64,000 nucleotides of DNA from Octopus vulgaris (taxonomy: Eukaryota), in NCBI GenBank assembly GCA_951406725.2, contig OX597819.1, forward strand, positions 6,324,001 through 6,388,000, given 5' to 3'. A program made the position numbers and the translations under genes. The notes beneath the pieces were generated by a model. It did no database searches, was not told the origin of the DNA, and saw only the letters and a list, made by a program, of their open reading frames with translations. Within the stretch, counting starts at the first letter, position 1. The number at the start of each line of letters is the position of its first letter. Below are positions 11,385 to 25,242 of this stretch, in pieces.

Positions 11385-12775
11385 AAAAGGCAATTGTCTC
11401 CGTTCCCCAGTCACGGCTGCTGAAGTGTCTACATTTGGCAAAAGTCCCTGCTACGTCAATTCCTGCCATCGAGAGGCTCACAAAGACCCTTGCAACAATT
11501 CTTACACTTAGATCGGAGAGAGGAATTATCGTCTCTAATGTTATAAAGCTCATACGGAGTTTTTCCCAGTTCTGTTCGTCTTGGCATTATCATCCCTGCT
11601 ACAAAAACCAAATGGCTACATGCTAGTGCCTGTGACTACTAGAAATATTTCTTTGTGGATGACCTTGTGATTTATGTTAATAATCCCAAAACAGTTGGGA
11701 TTAATAGCGACATTCTCAGCTGACATAGTAATGGAATTTGTTCAAAAGTTCATAGTTGACTGAAAACCTGGATGTAAAACCATTAGTATGCCAAAAAGAG
11801 ACCATGTATGGGTATGTTTCTCGAACACTTGAAGACAGTAATATTGGTTTTAAATTTTGGCTCAAAGCCAGAAATTTCCAGGGAGGGGATAAGTGGATTA
11901 GTTCGATTCCAGTGTTCAACTGGTATTTATTTTATTGACCCCGAAAGAATGAAAGGCAACATCGACGTTGGCGGCATTTGGACTCAGAGCGTTAAGGCGG
12001 ACGAAGTGCTGCTAAGCATTTTGCCTGGCGTGCTGACGAGTCTGCAAGCTTATTACCTGAAGAAGACAGTAATATTGACATGAAGCGAAACCTCTCTTAA
12101 ACACGTGATTGCTACCTCACATCACACTTCGAATGCTATGGAGATTGCTATTAAATCCCTAATAAACAAAAGTGACAGCAAACCCCTTTGGAGCTCCAAG
12201 ATGCAACCGAAAATTTAGATTATGTCATATTTCTGTCGAAGACCTCACACATGGAGTTAGCAGCTGCCCCAAAATATCATCCCTATACGATACGACGTTG
12301 CAAAAATAATATAAAATGCCATTCGAAAAAAAAAAGACCGTCCTGGAATTTAGAGAAGCCCCCTTTTATTGAATGCATATACAAACATCAACACAAGGGA
12401 TACTGCTGTAACATTCCCGTCAAAACATGTCAAGTGTAAACATAACAAGTCGGATATTGTTGTATGGGACGGACTTGTAAAGCTATGTGCCATCACAGAG
12501 GTCAGCTGTCTTGCTGTTGTGGAAACCACTTTGAAACTCAAAGAGAGGGGATAATCATGGAGAACTGCTTTGAAACCTATAGCTTTTATACCCAGATTAT
12601 AAATTCACGTATATACCAATAATAGTGTAGTTGGTTTTGTGAGTAAAATACCTGTGAAGTTCTGGATAAGCTGGAGTTTTTCAGAAAAGGAAATCAACCA
12701 ACTCTGATATTACAAATACAATTTGTATGTGGAGCAGTAAAAATACGCAAGACTTTTCTCAAGCTTAAAATGTGT
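11385..12775 (+). pseudogene. Decayed RLE-type non-LTR retrotransposon (R4/Dong-like): RT C-half, zinc knuckle and endonuclease
   Basis: KA..SVP.S.LLKCLHLAKVP, FFVDDL (near 11650), KHNKSDIVVWD...AITEVSC and LLYPDYKFTYIPII motifs; deletions, stops and a SINE insertion. Confidence 0.75.
11848..12050 (-). mobile_element. MetaSINE-like SINE (older subfamily)
   Basis: ACTGGTATTTATTTTATTGACCCCGAAAGAATGAAAGGCAAC core. Confidence 0.8.
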
Positions 12776-13030
12776 CATCGCTTTTGTTATCTACATTCCG
12801 ACGATAGCGTTCTATATCTTTGTTAGAATCCAGTTCCTACTTCAGAGGAAGAATTTATATAATTGAAAGCAGAAGAAAACATAAATACATATATACATGC
12901 AACTATACATACATGTTTAGATATACGTTGACAAAGGCAATTGCACTGCAGGGTATACACTCACGGAAAGTTCAGCTGAGTACTTCAGTCTAATAAAACA
13001 TTCATTAAGATCTATATTTCTACCGCTGTT

Positions 13031-13089
13031 GCAGCAGCTTCTGATGATTTCTTTTGAATGAAACAGTTCTAGTCCTGTAGAAGCTCTGT
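13031..13089 (+). ncRNA. Type I hammerhead ribozyme motif with monomer-competent stem III
   Basis: AGCUU CUGAUGA UUUC-UUUU-GAAU GAAA CAG-UUCUAGUC-CUG UA (G)AAGCU; U-U mismatch at 10.1/11.1 and one extra G in stem I. Confidence 0.55.
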
Positions 13090-13095
13090 TCGTAT

Positions 13096-13147
<52 letters not shown>

Positions 13148-13264
13148 TGTACTCATTCATACCCCACACACACTCACGCACACACACCTGCACACACATG
13201 CACACGCACACGTGTACATGATATCTTTTATCGCTTATTATATATAAACTTGATACAATCTTTA

Positions 13265-13603
13265 GACTGCCGCCATGCTGGGGCACCGTGTACAGTGTTT
13301 TAGAAGTACGAATCGAGTCTGTACTTCAGTTTCAAAGCGTGGTACTTATTCTACAGATCGCTTTTCACGAAACGCTATATTACGGGGAACTAAACAGACC
13401 AACACCAGATTCGAAACGGGTAAGGGACACACACATACACGCATACACACACACGCACGCATATATATATTCAACGGGCTTTCAGTTTCAGTGAACCAAA
13501 TGCACTCACAGGGCCTGGTCGACCCGGGGATATAGCAGAGGACACTTCCCCAAGGTGCCATCAAGTGTTTGGGAAGCAAACTTTATTCCACATAGCCTAT
13601 ATA

Positions 13604-13646
<43 letters not shown>

Positions 13647-14070
13647 TCATATCTATGTATCCATATCTTTTATCTGTATTATCTTTTATTTGTTTTAGTC
13701 GTTTTGACTGTGGCCATGCTGGGGTACCGCCCTAGAAACAGACAATAATGTCTTATTTCTTTTTAGGCCTTATTCCTTTTTAGGCTAGTACCCACTATGT
13801 CTCTTCTGCCGAACCGCTAAGTTACGGGGACGTAAACAAACCAAAATCGGTTGTCAAGCGGAGATGAGGGACAAACACAGTCACAATGATACAGACATAG
13901 ATACATGTGTATACACATATGCAAATGGTTTCTTTCAGTTTCCGTTTTCTATATCCTCTCACAAGACTTTGTTGAAGACGCCCGCTTAAGTGCCAGGTAG
14001 GTATTGGACTAACCCCTGAATCATGTGGTTGGAAACGAGGTTTCTTACCACATATCCACGCCTATGCACA
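13265..14070 (-). mobile_element. Two tandem decayed CORE-type SINE copies (about 13265-13600 and 13665-14070)
   Basis: GCCATGCTGGGG(C/T)ACCG, CCGAACCGCTAAG and TTTCAGTTTCCG blocks matching the reverse complement of 52524-52950. Confidence 0.75.
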
Positions 14071-15234
14071 GCCAATTTTTAAATCTTTTTTTTCGAGAAA
14101 TCTATTTTTGAATCATTTTGGAATCTGTTTTTTTTTTGGGTTTTTTTTTCTAGTTAATTTTAGCTAATTTTTGTTTATATTCAAATCATTAAAATGGAAT
14201 GTCAAGTTAAGAAAAACGAGCATTTTTGACACCTCCTTCTAAGGCCGCAAAAGCTGCTCGCGACATTTGTGCTGTGTATGGAGAAGGTGCCATAACTGAA
14301 AGAACCGCACGTGATTGGTATACCAAGTTCAGAAATGGAAATTTTGACCTGAAAGGCGCATCTCGTTCTGGCCGTCCATTTGAGTTCAATGAAGAGTGAT
14401 TAAACCAACTTTTGCACGAAAATTCTGGTCAAACGGCAAGGTTCAGAGAAATGGAACGCTCCCACACTGCTATAGAGAAACATCTTCATTCGATGGGAAA
14501 GGTTCAGAAGTATGGAGCATGAGGTTCCGCATACTTTAATTGACAACAACAAAAATCAACGAGCCACAATCTCTGCTGGTTTGTTTGCTCGTCACCACTC
14601 AACTCATGGACACAAACAACGATTTATTTACCGAATCGTTAATGGCGACGAAAAATGGTGCCTGCACATCAATATGAAGCAGCGTAAGAAATGGCTTAGC
14701 CCCGGTAAAGAAGCGACACTGCGCGTGAAACAAAATCTTCATCCGTGTAAAACGATGTTGTGCGTATGGTTGGACTGGGAAGGGATTATCGATTACGAAT
14801 TGTTTGAACGGAAACAAACGGTCAACGCGGAACTCTGTGTTCAACACATGGAATGACTCAACACAGCTATTCAAAAGATAAGACCAAATCGTCAGCATGA
14901 AGTTCTGCTGCACAAAAACGCCCGCCCTCATATCGCCAATATGACCAAAGAAGCCATTCAAACTGGGAAGTGCTGCCACACCCGGCGTACTCCCCTGACT
15001 TGGCACCAATGGATTTCCACCTCTTTCGATTTCTTTCAAATGCTATGCGCGGAGTTTCGTACAATACTGATGCAGAATTGAGAGCTTGGTTGGATCAATT
15101 TTTTTGAGTCGAAATCGGATGATTTCTACCAACAAGGGTGAATACATTATTGATTAAGTAGTTGTCATTTTTTATTAAACCTTTTAAAAAAATTTAATTT
15201 TAAAACCGACTGGAACATAGTTGCCAACCTAATA
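14071..15234 (+). mobile_element. mariner transposon, defective
   Basis: ATG at 14193; RSGRP, VPH.L, GDEKW, NARPH and HPAYSPDLAPMDFHLF motifs; right TIR ...GTTGCCAACCTAA|TA; left TIR lost. Confidence 0.9.
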
Positions 15235-15418
15235 TATATTTTAGCACACTAAAAACGAACTACTAATCTTTCCGCTAGTAGTAGAATGCTCTGTTACTCC
15301 AGATATTTACGATAACTTTATTAGACCGTGTATGTATGTTAGTGCTGGTAATTGTGCCACACACTTTTTGTTATTGATTAAGTATATGCAAGTGTATAAT
15401 AATAAGCATTTAGAGAGA

Positions 15419-15453
<35 letters not shown>

Positions 15454-15469
15454 AAGATAGTACATCACA

Positions 15470-15527
<58 letters not shown>

Positions 15528-15888
15528 TTATAAATGAGGGTGAAAAATTTGATATTAATTTAATAATACCATCAAGTTAACACCAAGTGGCTTAGCACAT
15601 AAAAACCAAGGGAAAAATACAAATTTATACATTGATATTAGAGTGACCACTATGTGGTTCACTCTCTAATATTTATGTATATATATATATATATTATAAT
15701 TAAGGGTATCTAAGAGATATCTCCATGCTAGATACAGCTGCCAAAACTTGATTCTATATCTATATCTCTTAGATACCCTTAATTATAATTTTAATAATAA
15801 TTATTACCTTTTGAGGTTTTTATTCCCATGCTGGCCACCTGATAAGATTGATATTTAAATAACGATCTTATCCTTATTTATATAAATC

Positions 15889-15968
<80 letters not shown>

Positions 15969-16004
15969 TATATATGTGTATGTGTGTTTGTATGTTTGTG
16001 TGTT

Positions 16005-16240
16005 GTGAAGGCGCGTCGCCTAATGGTTAGACTGTTGCACTCATGGTCGCTAGATCGTGGGTTCGGTTCCCTAACTGAGTAGAGCGTTGTACTCTTTTGC
16101 ATAGCACTTCATTTTACGTCGCCCCCCCCTCAGGATCAGTGGGGTATGTTGGCCTGCTCGCTTAGCCAGCGAGGCAGCATTCATTTGAAGGCTAAAACAT
16201 AACAAGCATTGTGACCAGCGATGTGTAACAACATCTGATA
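16005..16240 (+). mobile_element. tRNA SINE with a distinct tail
   Basis: Head like 1570-1895 but tail CTCGCTTAGCCAGCG...CATTGTGACCAGCGATGTGTAAC, also found at 27168-27280 (-). Confidence 0.7.
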
Positions 16241-16424
16241 TTTTTATATTTATATATATCTTCATTCGAAGGTGGAACATTGCTATTGAGAGAAACGATG
16301 ACTATGTTGAGAAGTAGGGATGTGATCCACAGTGGACCAACTTCATTTTGATGTATGGTACATGTTCTTGTGTTGGTATTATACCTGTCCTAAACAAACT
16401 GGCATTACTTTTTGACTCACTCTC

Positions 16425-16511
<87 letters not shown>

Positions 16512-16585
16512 TGTATGTATGTGTGTGTGTGTGTGTATGTATGTATGTGTGTGTGTATTTGTGTGTGTGTGTGTGTGTATGTATA

Positions 16586-17830
16586 CAGAGTGCGTAAGGT
16601 ATTTGAGGAAATACGTTAATTCATCAACTTATTGTTTTCTATTTCAATTTCAGAAGTATCAATGACAGATCCTATGATTACACAAGAAATGAAGAGGCAC
16701 GCAGTCACCGTAGCTATAAAGGCTAAACATAGCAATTTAGAAATAGCACGATGTTGAAAGTCGCTAGATCCTTCGTCTACAAAATTCACAAGGAGTTGGA
16801 GACTAAAGACAGAACTGTATCGCCAGTATCAAAATGTAAGAAACATTGTAGACGCACTGATACTATTAGAGCACCAGAATTTATTCAACAAGCAAAGCAG
16901 ACCATTGATGACAATCGCAGAAGATCCATGAGGTTGATTGCAAAAGAACACCATGTGTCAGAAGGAACAATCCGAAATGTTGTCCAAAAAAGACATCAGA
17001 TATAAATATTATGCAATGAGAAAAGGTCATTTCATGTCAGAAACAATGAAAGAAAATCGCTTAATAAGATCTAAAAGACTCCTGAACAAACTTAAAATCC
17101 CAGCAGAGAAAGATGTCATTTGGTTCTTCTCAGACGAGAAAAACTTTATTCAAGATCAGTAAGTAAACAGAAGAAATGACAGATGGCTATGTATACAGAC
17201 TCTTCGAGAGTACCAAGAGAGATGCATACAATATTTCCTGAAACTGTCATGGTTTTGGAGGTTGCCAGCACTGAAGGGCATATGATGCCTCCTCGCTTCT
17301 TTCCACAAGGTCTTCGAGTAAACTCTGCTTCCTACATAGATGTTCTGAAGATAATGGTTAAGCCATGGATCGATAATGTACGCAACGGAAGAGCTTACGT
17401 GTTTCAACAAGACTCGGTACCATCACACAAGGCTACAGCAACACAGGAATGGATGGCGGAAAATTTTCATGACCACATAACCCCCAACACTTGGCCTCCT
17501 AGCTTCCCAGATCTCAATCCATTGGACTACTATGTACGGAGCGTAGTTGAGAAAGAAGTTAATGAGCACATCATAATACCAAAGAACCCCTAAAAGATTC
17601 CATATATATGTCCAATACGAACACAGACCACTTAATCCTAGCATGTAAACGATTCAGACCACGCATAGAAGCCGTTATTGAAGCTGAAAGAGACTTTATT
17701 GAAGAAAATGACGAATCAATATGTTTATTCTCATCCTGAAAACCTTTTTCAGTAAAAAGGCAACATTGTCTGTTTCTAAGAGTCATTTTGTGTAAGTGTG
17801 TAACTGTCCTCAAACACCTTACGCACACTG
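16586..17830 (+). mobile_element. maT-family (DD37D) Tc1/mariner transposon, defective but with both TIRs
   Basis: 24-bp TIRs CAG(A/T)GTGCGTAAGGT(A/G)TTTGAGGA and TA TSD; FSDEK...QQD-37 aa-D (WPPSFPDLNPLDY); frameshifts. Confidence 0.92.
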
Positions 17831-17834
17831 TATG

Positions 17835-17887
<53 letters not shown>

Positions 17888-18102
17888 CAAAGGAATTCCA
17901 ACTCGGTCTGTTTTTTATGTTTTATTTATATTCTTTATAATATTAATGCATAATATAGAATATATAGTATAAATAGTATATACAGTGTAAAATGAAATGT
18001 GGTATTGTCTTATTGAATAGGTGAAATATTGAATATCAAATATTAAGGGACTTGTATACTTTCTTGCATTAAAGCAGTCTTCAAGGTCCCAGGTTGTGAC
18101 AA

Positions 18103-18152
<50 letters not shown>

Positions 18153-18334
18153 CACACACACACACACACACGCATATATATATATATATATGTATGTATG
18201 TATGTATATATGTATATATATATATGCATATATATATGTGTGTAAGTGTGTGTGTGTATGTGCGTGTGCCTGTGTGTGTGTACATACATATGTGTACTTA
18301 TGTATGTATGTATGTATGGCTCTGCATGTGTATA

Positions 18335-18610
18335 TATATGCATGACTATGCTGTAAGAGGTTTACTTGCCAGCCACATGGTTCCAGATTCTGTCCCACAA
18401 CTTGGAAAATTTTCTTTTACTATACCTCCGGGCTAACCAAATCTCCGTGGGTAGATTTGGCAAACGAAACTGACAGAAACCCGTTGGATACATACATACA
18501 CACACACACACGCACGCACATACATATATATGTTGTATTAGTGTATTTGTTTTTGTGTCTGTTTGTGCTCCATCATGACCGCAGGTTAATGACTGAAACA
18601 AGTCAAAGGT
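18335..18610 (+). mobile_element. CORE-type SINE, decayed and internally deleted
   Basis: CCACATGGTTCC, GAAACTGA and AATGACTGAAACAAG blocks. Confidence 0.7.
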
Positions 18611-18621
18611 TATATATACAT

Positions 18622-18710
18622 AGTTAATCCAAACAAGAAAACAAAAAAAAAACACAGCAACGCGAGGACGTGGAACAAATAAAGTATTATTGGACGCTCA
18701 GGAAAGAAGA
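18622..18710 (-). mobile_element. Penelope-like terminus, truncated before the ribozyme
   Basis: AGTTAATCCAAACAAG...GGACGCTCAGGAAAG, matching 371-455. Confidence 0.65.
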
Positions 18711-18875
18711 AATCCCTCGACTATTGCGGGTGTTACGTTCTAAAATCCCACACGAAAGTCTGCAAAGTAGAAACAGTACTGTACTGTATATATTTTTTAA
18801 AATTATTTTTATAATATGTATATAGGCATCGACGTAAGCTTAAATAGTAAACCGCGATATGGCGAGGGATTACTG
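18711..18875. mobile_element. Tigger/pogo-like MITE
   Basis: AATCCCTCGACTATTGCGG ... CCGCGATATGGCGAGGGATTACTG|TA inverted ends; left end clipped. Confidence 0.65.
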
Positions 18876-19349
18876 TATACATACATACATACATACGTAC
18901 ATACATACATACATACATACACACACACACATACATACATACATACATACATACATACATACATACATACATACATACACACACACACATACATACAAAC
19001 ATACATACATACATACATACATACATACATACATACATACATACATACATACATACATACATACATACATACATACAGACAGACAGATATACATACATAC
19101 ATACATACATACATACATACATACATACATACATACATACATACATACATACATACAAACATACATACATACATACATACAGACAGACAGACGTACATAC
19201 ATACATACATACATACATACATACATACATACATACATACATACATACATACATACATACAAACATACATACATACATACATACATACATACAAACATAC
19301 ATACATACATACATACATACATACATACATACATGCATACATACATACA

Positions 19350-19378
<29 letters not shown>
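18876..19378. repeat. (TACA)n microsatellite
   Basis: About 500-bp tetranucleotide array with variants. Confidence 0.99.
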
Positions 19379-19380
<2 letters not shown>

Positions 19381-19664
19381 TATGGAATATATTGAATATT
19401 AAAGTGGCCGTGCATTCGAAAATCAGGTGTTTTTATAACGTAAACTTCAAACCAAATGTACTGAAAACGCTGTATGATATAAAGGACACTTTGAAATACA
19501 AATACTAGCGACATAATTCCTCATTTACCCCTTTTACCCATCTTTACTACGAAGGCTACCTGAGATCCTAAGCTATAGTAAACACACCTGATAAAGCTGG
19601 GATCGAATCTGGATCGCATAGGCCATGTATCCGCTGCTTATATCTCAAAATTTGCAATATCCTA

Positions 19665-20079
19665 TACTCTTTACTCTTTTACTCTTTTACTTGTTTCAGT
19701 CATTTGACTGCGGCCATGCTGGAGCACCGCCTTTAGTCGAGCAACTCGACCCCGGGACTTATTCTTTTTGTAAGCCCAGTACTTATTCTATCGGTCTTTT
19801 TTGCCGAACCGCTAAGTGACGGGGCCGTAAACACACCAGCATCGGCTGTCAAACAATGCTAAGGGGACAAACAGACACACATATACACACACACACATAT
19901 ATATATATATATACGATAGGCTTCTTTCAGTTTCCGTCTACCAAATCCACTCACAAGGCATTGGTCGGCCCGGGGCTATAGCAGAAGACACTTGCCCAAG
20001 ATGCCATGCAGTGGGTTTGAACCCGGAACCATGTGGTTGGTAAGCAAGTTACTTACCACACAGCCACTCCTGCGCCTAT
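19665..20079 (-). mobile_element. CORE-type tRNA SINE, full length
   Basis: Head GGCGCAGGAGTGGCTGTGTGG, TTGGGCAAGTG core, internal TA/TG repeat, (AAAAGAGT)n tail. Confidence 0.92.
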
Positions 20080-20382
20080 ACACATTATTTTGAAGTAGAA
20101 TATATATTATAGGAGAGTAATGATCATATTATATACAAGAACAGACTGTAATTGACGTTTGTTAAAATCTGAGAGAGAAAGAGAGAAACACATATGTATA
20201 GAGACAAGTATCTCTCACTGTCCCAATCACTAGTTTTTGAAGTTTATCGCTGCCTTACTCTCCTTCACTCGCTTTCTAGCTTCCTGTCTCTGTGTCTTTC
20301 CATCTTTTCTCTACTTCTCTCTACCTCTCGCTGTGTGTGTGTGTGTGTGTGCGCGTGTATGTGTGTGAATATGTGCATATGC

Positions 20383-20423
<41 letters not shown>

Positions 20424-20627
20424 TATACATATTTATATATATATATATACATACACACACACAGACATATGTATGTGTATGTATATTTATACATACATTT
20501 TATATATACACATATGTGTGTATATATATATATACGTATGTGTGTGAATATGTGCATATGCGTGTGTATATATGTATATATATATACACATATATATATA
20601 CACATATATACATATATATATATACAC

Positions 20628-20688
<61 letters not shown>

Positions 20689-20982
20689 GACATATGTATG
20701 TGTATGTATATTTATACATACATTTTATAGATATATTGGTACACACCCCCACACGAACACACACACACACATGTAAGTACACACATGCGTGTGTACAAAC
20801 ATCTATTTGTGTGTAGGTGGATATATAATATAACCAAACACAATGATACCGAAACAATAAAAACGATGAATTTAAATAGTTCTAAGACATAATGAATACT
20901 GCGTATCCCAATAATTAAACGTGTGTGTGTGTGTGTGTATGTGTGTGTGTACATGTGTTTCTGCATGTGTGTATACCCATGT

Positions 20983-20990
20983 ATCTATCA

Positions 20991-21068
<78 letters not shown>

Positions 21069-21093
21069 ATATCTATCTATCTATCTATCTATC

Positions 21094-21143
<50 letters not shown>

Positions 21144-21147
21144 ATCA

Positions 21148-21191
<44 letters not shown>

Positions 21192-21196
21192 GTCTG

Positions 21197-21271
<75 letters not shown>

Positions 21272-21276
21272 GTCTG

Positions 21277-21319
<43 letters not shown>

Positions 21320-21330
21320 GTCTGTCTATC
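20983..21330. repeat. (TCTA)n microsatellite
   Basis: Direct observation. Confidence 0.99.
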
Positions 21331-21919
21331 TTTATATATATTTATACTCTTTCTTTTACTCTTTTACTTGTTTCAGTCATTTGACTGTGGCTACACTCTC
21401 TCTCTCACACATATACATATTCATACATACACACACACGCTTTTCACACACAGACTATGAGAGAGATTATACGGTGTATTTTCACTTAAACAGTACGCAA
21501 GAAATACTGTATTAAACGAACGGAACAAGGTCATAATGTTTAAAAGGAGCATCGTGGAGGTTTTCCGCGCAATTTAGCTCATTGCCGGAACTTATGTTAT
21601 TGATTTATGAAGTATAAAAAATTTTATTTGACTGAATTTTTATCTCAGGCCCACATTGTAGCTACAGACGAATCTGTTTAGTCGGGACATTTAATGTTAA
21701 TTACCCCACTAAACTTCACATAAAAGTGATATTCGCAAAATTCGAGATGGCCCATCACCCCAGATAACAGAAAAGAAGCTGGTGACGAGTCGTGTCTGTT
21801 TTTTTTAATTTTTATTTCCATTGCCTATTGAAACCTATTTCATTTAACAGATGTATAATAAACCATTCACCTGTACAACACATGCACACACACATGCACA
21901 CACACGTACACAACAGATA

Positions 21920-21955
<36 letters not shown>

Positions 21956-22066
21956 TCTAATTGTATGAGGATTTGTGCCTTGACGAAATGAGGGATAGGG
22001 TAAATGAAATTCCGGAAACAATATGTTATTACAAGTTCGAGTTGTCCTCTGGAGCAATACAGTTCT

Positions 22067-22127
<61 letters not shown>

Positions 22128-22149
22128 GGTGGTGGTGGTGGTGGTGGTG

Positions 22150-22181
<32 letters not shown>

Positions 22182-22203
22182 GGTGCTGGTGGTGGTGGTG
22201 GTA

Positions 22204-22246
<43 letters not shown>

Positions 22247-22261
22247 CAGTGGTAGTAGTAA

Positions 22262-22346
<85 letters not shown>

Positions 22347-22395
22347 TGTAGTAGAAGCAGCAGCAGTTAGTAGTAACAGTAGTAGTAGTAGTAGT
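22067..22395. repeat. (TAG)n/(TGG)n compound trinucleotide repeat
   Basis: Direct observation. Confidence 0.99.
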
Positions 22396-22672
22396 AACAG
22401 ATGCTTTGGTCCCAGGTTAGCCCTGACATACAAATCTGTTATCGAAGACATGAGCAAGACATGACTAGACTCGTCTCATTTTCCTTCTTCAGATATAACA
22501 TTTTCCTTCTTCAGATATATGTATCCTCGCTATTTTCAGACGAAAGGATGCTTGAAGGGGTATTCGGCTAACGTTTCTGACAAAGTCCTTCGACAAAGTC
22601 CTTTGGTTGGCAGTTAGCTGTGGGTACCCTGCATATGATGCATTCACAGATCTAAAATAGGAAGCTTTTATA

Positions 22673-23086
22673 TTACTCTTTTACTCTATTACTTGTTTCA
22701 GTCATTTGACTGCGGCCATGCTGGAGCACCGCCTTTAATCGAGCAAATCGACCCCGGGACTTATTCTTTTTGTAAGCCCAGTACTTATTCTATCGGTCTC
22801 CTTTGCCGAACCGCTAAGTATCGGGGACACAAACACACCAGCATCGGTTGTCAAGCAGTGCTAGGGGGACAAACACAGACTCACAAACATACACACACAC
22901 ACACACATATACATATATATACATATATACGACGGGCTTCTTTTCAGTTTCCGTCTACCAAATTCACTCACAAGGCTTTGGTCGACCCGAGGCTATAGGA
23001 GAAGACACTTGCCCAAGATGCCACGCAGTGGGACTGAACACGGAACCATGTGGTTGGTTAGCAAGCTACTTACCACACAGCCACTC
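22673..23086 (-). mobile_element. CORE-type tRNA SINE
   Basis: Near full-length reverse copy of 52524-52950. Confidence 0.92.
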
Positions 23087-23595
23087 TGAAATTAGAAACT
23101 ATAAGATACATATGTATGATGCGTGAGGGTGTTTGGCGAAGAGGAAGCACGATATAAACATACATATTCAGCAGGTTTATATACAAACAGGTGTCTATGT
23201 GAAACAGGGGGAAACAGAATTTATATATGCATATATATATATAAACACTCGCGTATACATATACGTGTATATAAATGCATACATGGCTGTGTGTATATAA
23301 ACATAAATATAGATATGTATATACATATATCCACACTTATATACATATGTATGCACACACACATACATAAATATGTATATATGTCTCTCCGTACACATAT
23401 GTCCATACACACACTGACACATATACACATATATATATACACGTATATGTATTTACCGTGCGTATGTGCGTGTGTGTGTGTGCGTATATGTATATGTATT
23501 TATACCGTGTATGCGGGTCCATTTATATGTGTGCGTATGTGCGTGTGTGTGTGCGTGTGTGTGCGTACATGTGTGTGTAAAATATTCTTTCACAT

Positions 23596-23794
23596 TGGTA
23601 CACGGTCTGAAATTTTGGCGGAGGAGACCAGTCGATTACATTGATCACATAATCAATTGGTCCTTATCTTATCGGTCCCAAAAGAATCAAAAGGCAAAGC
23701 CGACATCAGGGTCATCTGAACGCAGAACGTAAAGACAGACGATATGCCACTAAGTATTTTGTTCGGCGGTAGTGATTCTGCCAGCTCACCGCCT
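23596..23794 (-). mobile_element. MetaSINE-like SINE (older subfamily), decayed
   Basis: GATTCTGCCAGCTCACCGCC head end and AAAGGCAAAGCCGAC core. Confidence 0.7.
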
Positions 23795-23954
23795 TGTGTG
23801 TATGTGCGTGTGGACACAGGTAGAGCCCGATTTTCACAATATCGCCTCACCGTCATGATGTCTTCAGTTCTATCCTCCACGTTTTATCTTGGCCGAGTGT
23901 CTTTCTACCAACGCTGCGTGTTGCCCAATGACTTACGCGCGGCTCTGTCAAGAT

Positions 23955-24177
23955 CAGCGGTTCACAATCATTTTTAACCTATGGAATTCTCTCATTCCTA
24001 TTTCACTGTACTGATACCCCAGAGACATTTGTTCGTTTTAAAAAACCATATTATTTTGCGCATTGTAGAAGTATAAGAAATTTATTGCACATAAATTTTA
24101 ACAGCAAAATCTTTGATTTTTTTGTTATAATCCTAACCAAGGTCCATGTAACCCTGGACCTTGGTTAGGAACCACTG
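23955..24177. mobile_element. hAT/Charlie-like MITE
   Basis: Ends CAGCGGTTCACAATC / GGTTAGGAACCACTG; 8-bp flanks GTCAAGAT / GACTAGAT resemble the NTCTAGAN target. Confidence 0.6.
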
Positions 24178-24218
24178 GACTAGATGCAATCGATAGAATC
24201 CCATAATTGTACTATACC

Positions 24219-24449
24219 TATTTCTTTATTACCCACAAGGGGCTAAACACAGAGGGGACAAACAAGAACAGACATAGGTATTAAGTCGATTACATCGACC
24301 CCAGTGCGTAACTGGTACTTAATTTATCGACCCCGAAAGGATGAAAGGCAAAGTTGACCTCGGCGGAATTTGAACTCAGAACGTAACGCAGACGAAATAC
24401 CGCTAAGCATTTAGCCCGGCGTGCTAACATTTCTGCCAGCTCGCCGCCT
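24219..24449 (-). mobile_element. MetaSINE-like SINE, full length
   Basis: TSD ATTGTACT(A/G)TACC at 24206-24218 and 24454-24466. Confidence 0.92.
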
Positions 24450-24821
24450 TAATATTGTACTGTACCTGTAATGTCACAAACAATATCATATTGATTCTGT
24501 TTGTGGATTTAACACTCGAGTGTCTGTTGAAAATCCACATTGTTATAATGAGTTGACAGTTTCTAACTGAAGTTAATGAACGTCAATTTGTATAGATCCA
24601 CGCACACATGTATAGCATGCGATCACACAGATATATGGCAGCGGGTGTAGATCTATGATTGAGAAATCAGTTTTGCAATCGCAGGTTCTGGTTTCTGTCT
24701 GTATTTGGAAAGACATTTTCTGATACAATTCATGGCTCCGGATTGGCAAATATCTTTCTAGGTTCAGTTATAAGAAACTGTGCCGAAGATTATATGTGCA
24801 TATGTGCGTGTGATTGAGTTT

Positions 24822-24861
<40 letters not shown>

Positions 24862-24913
24862 ATGTAGTGCATGTTAGAGTACGTGTGGGTGTACATGTAA
24901 TATATACATAGAG

Positions 24914-25013
<100 letters not shown>

Positions 25014-25157
25014 GCGTGTGTGTGTGTATTCATGTATAAAATGTATATATATATACACACACGCACACATATATATGTATAAGATATATATATTATATAT
25101 ATTCATAAAATATATATACATATGTGTATACATGCGTATTAATGTGTGTATGTATAC

Positions 25158-25242
<85 letters not shown>

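Noticed and set aside
17883-18102. TG...CA-bounded segment in (TA)n as a solo LTR
   Set aside because: No second copy, primer-binding site or distinguishable TSD.
20357-20728. About 200-bp tandem duplication, plus short duplications at 6159-6202 and 22477-22518
   Set aside because: Ordinary slippage or unequal-exchange products in low-complexity DNA.
23826-23866. Minus-strand CUGAAGA...GAAA spacing
   Set aside because: Stem II does not close properly and there is no stem I.
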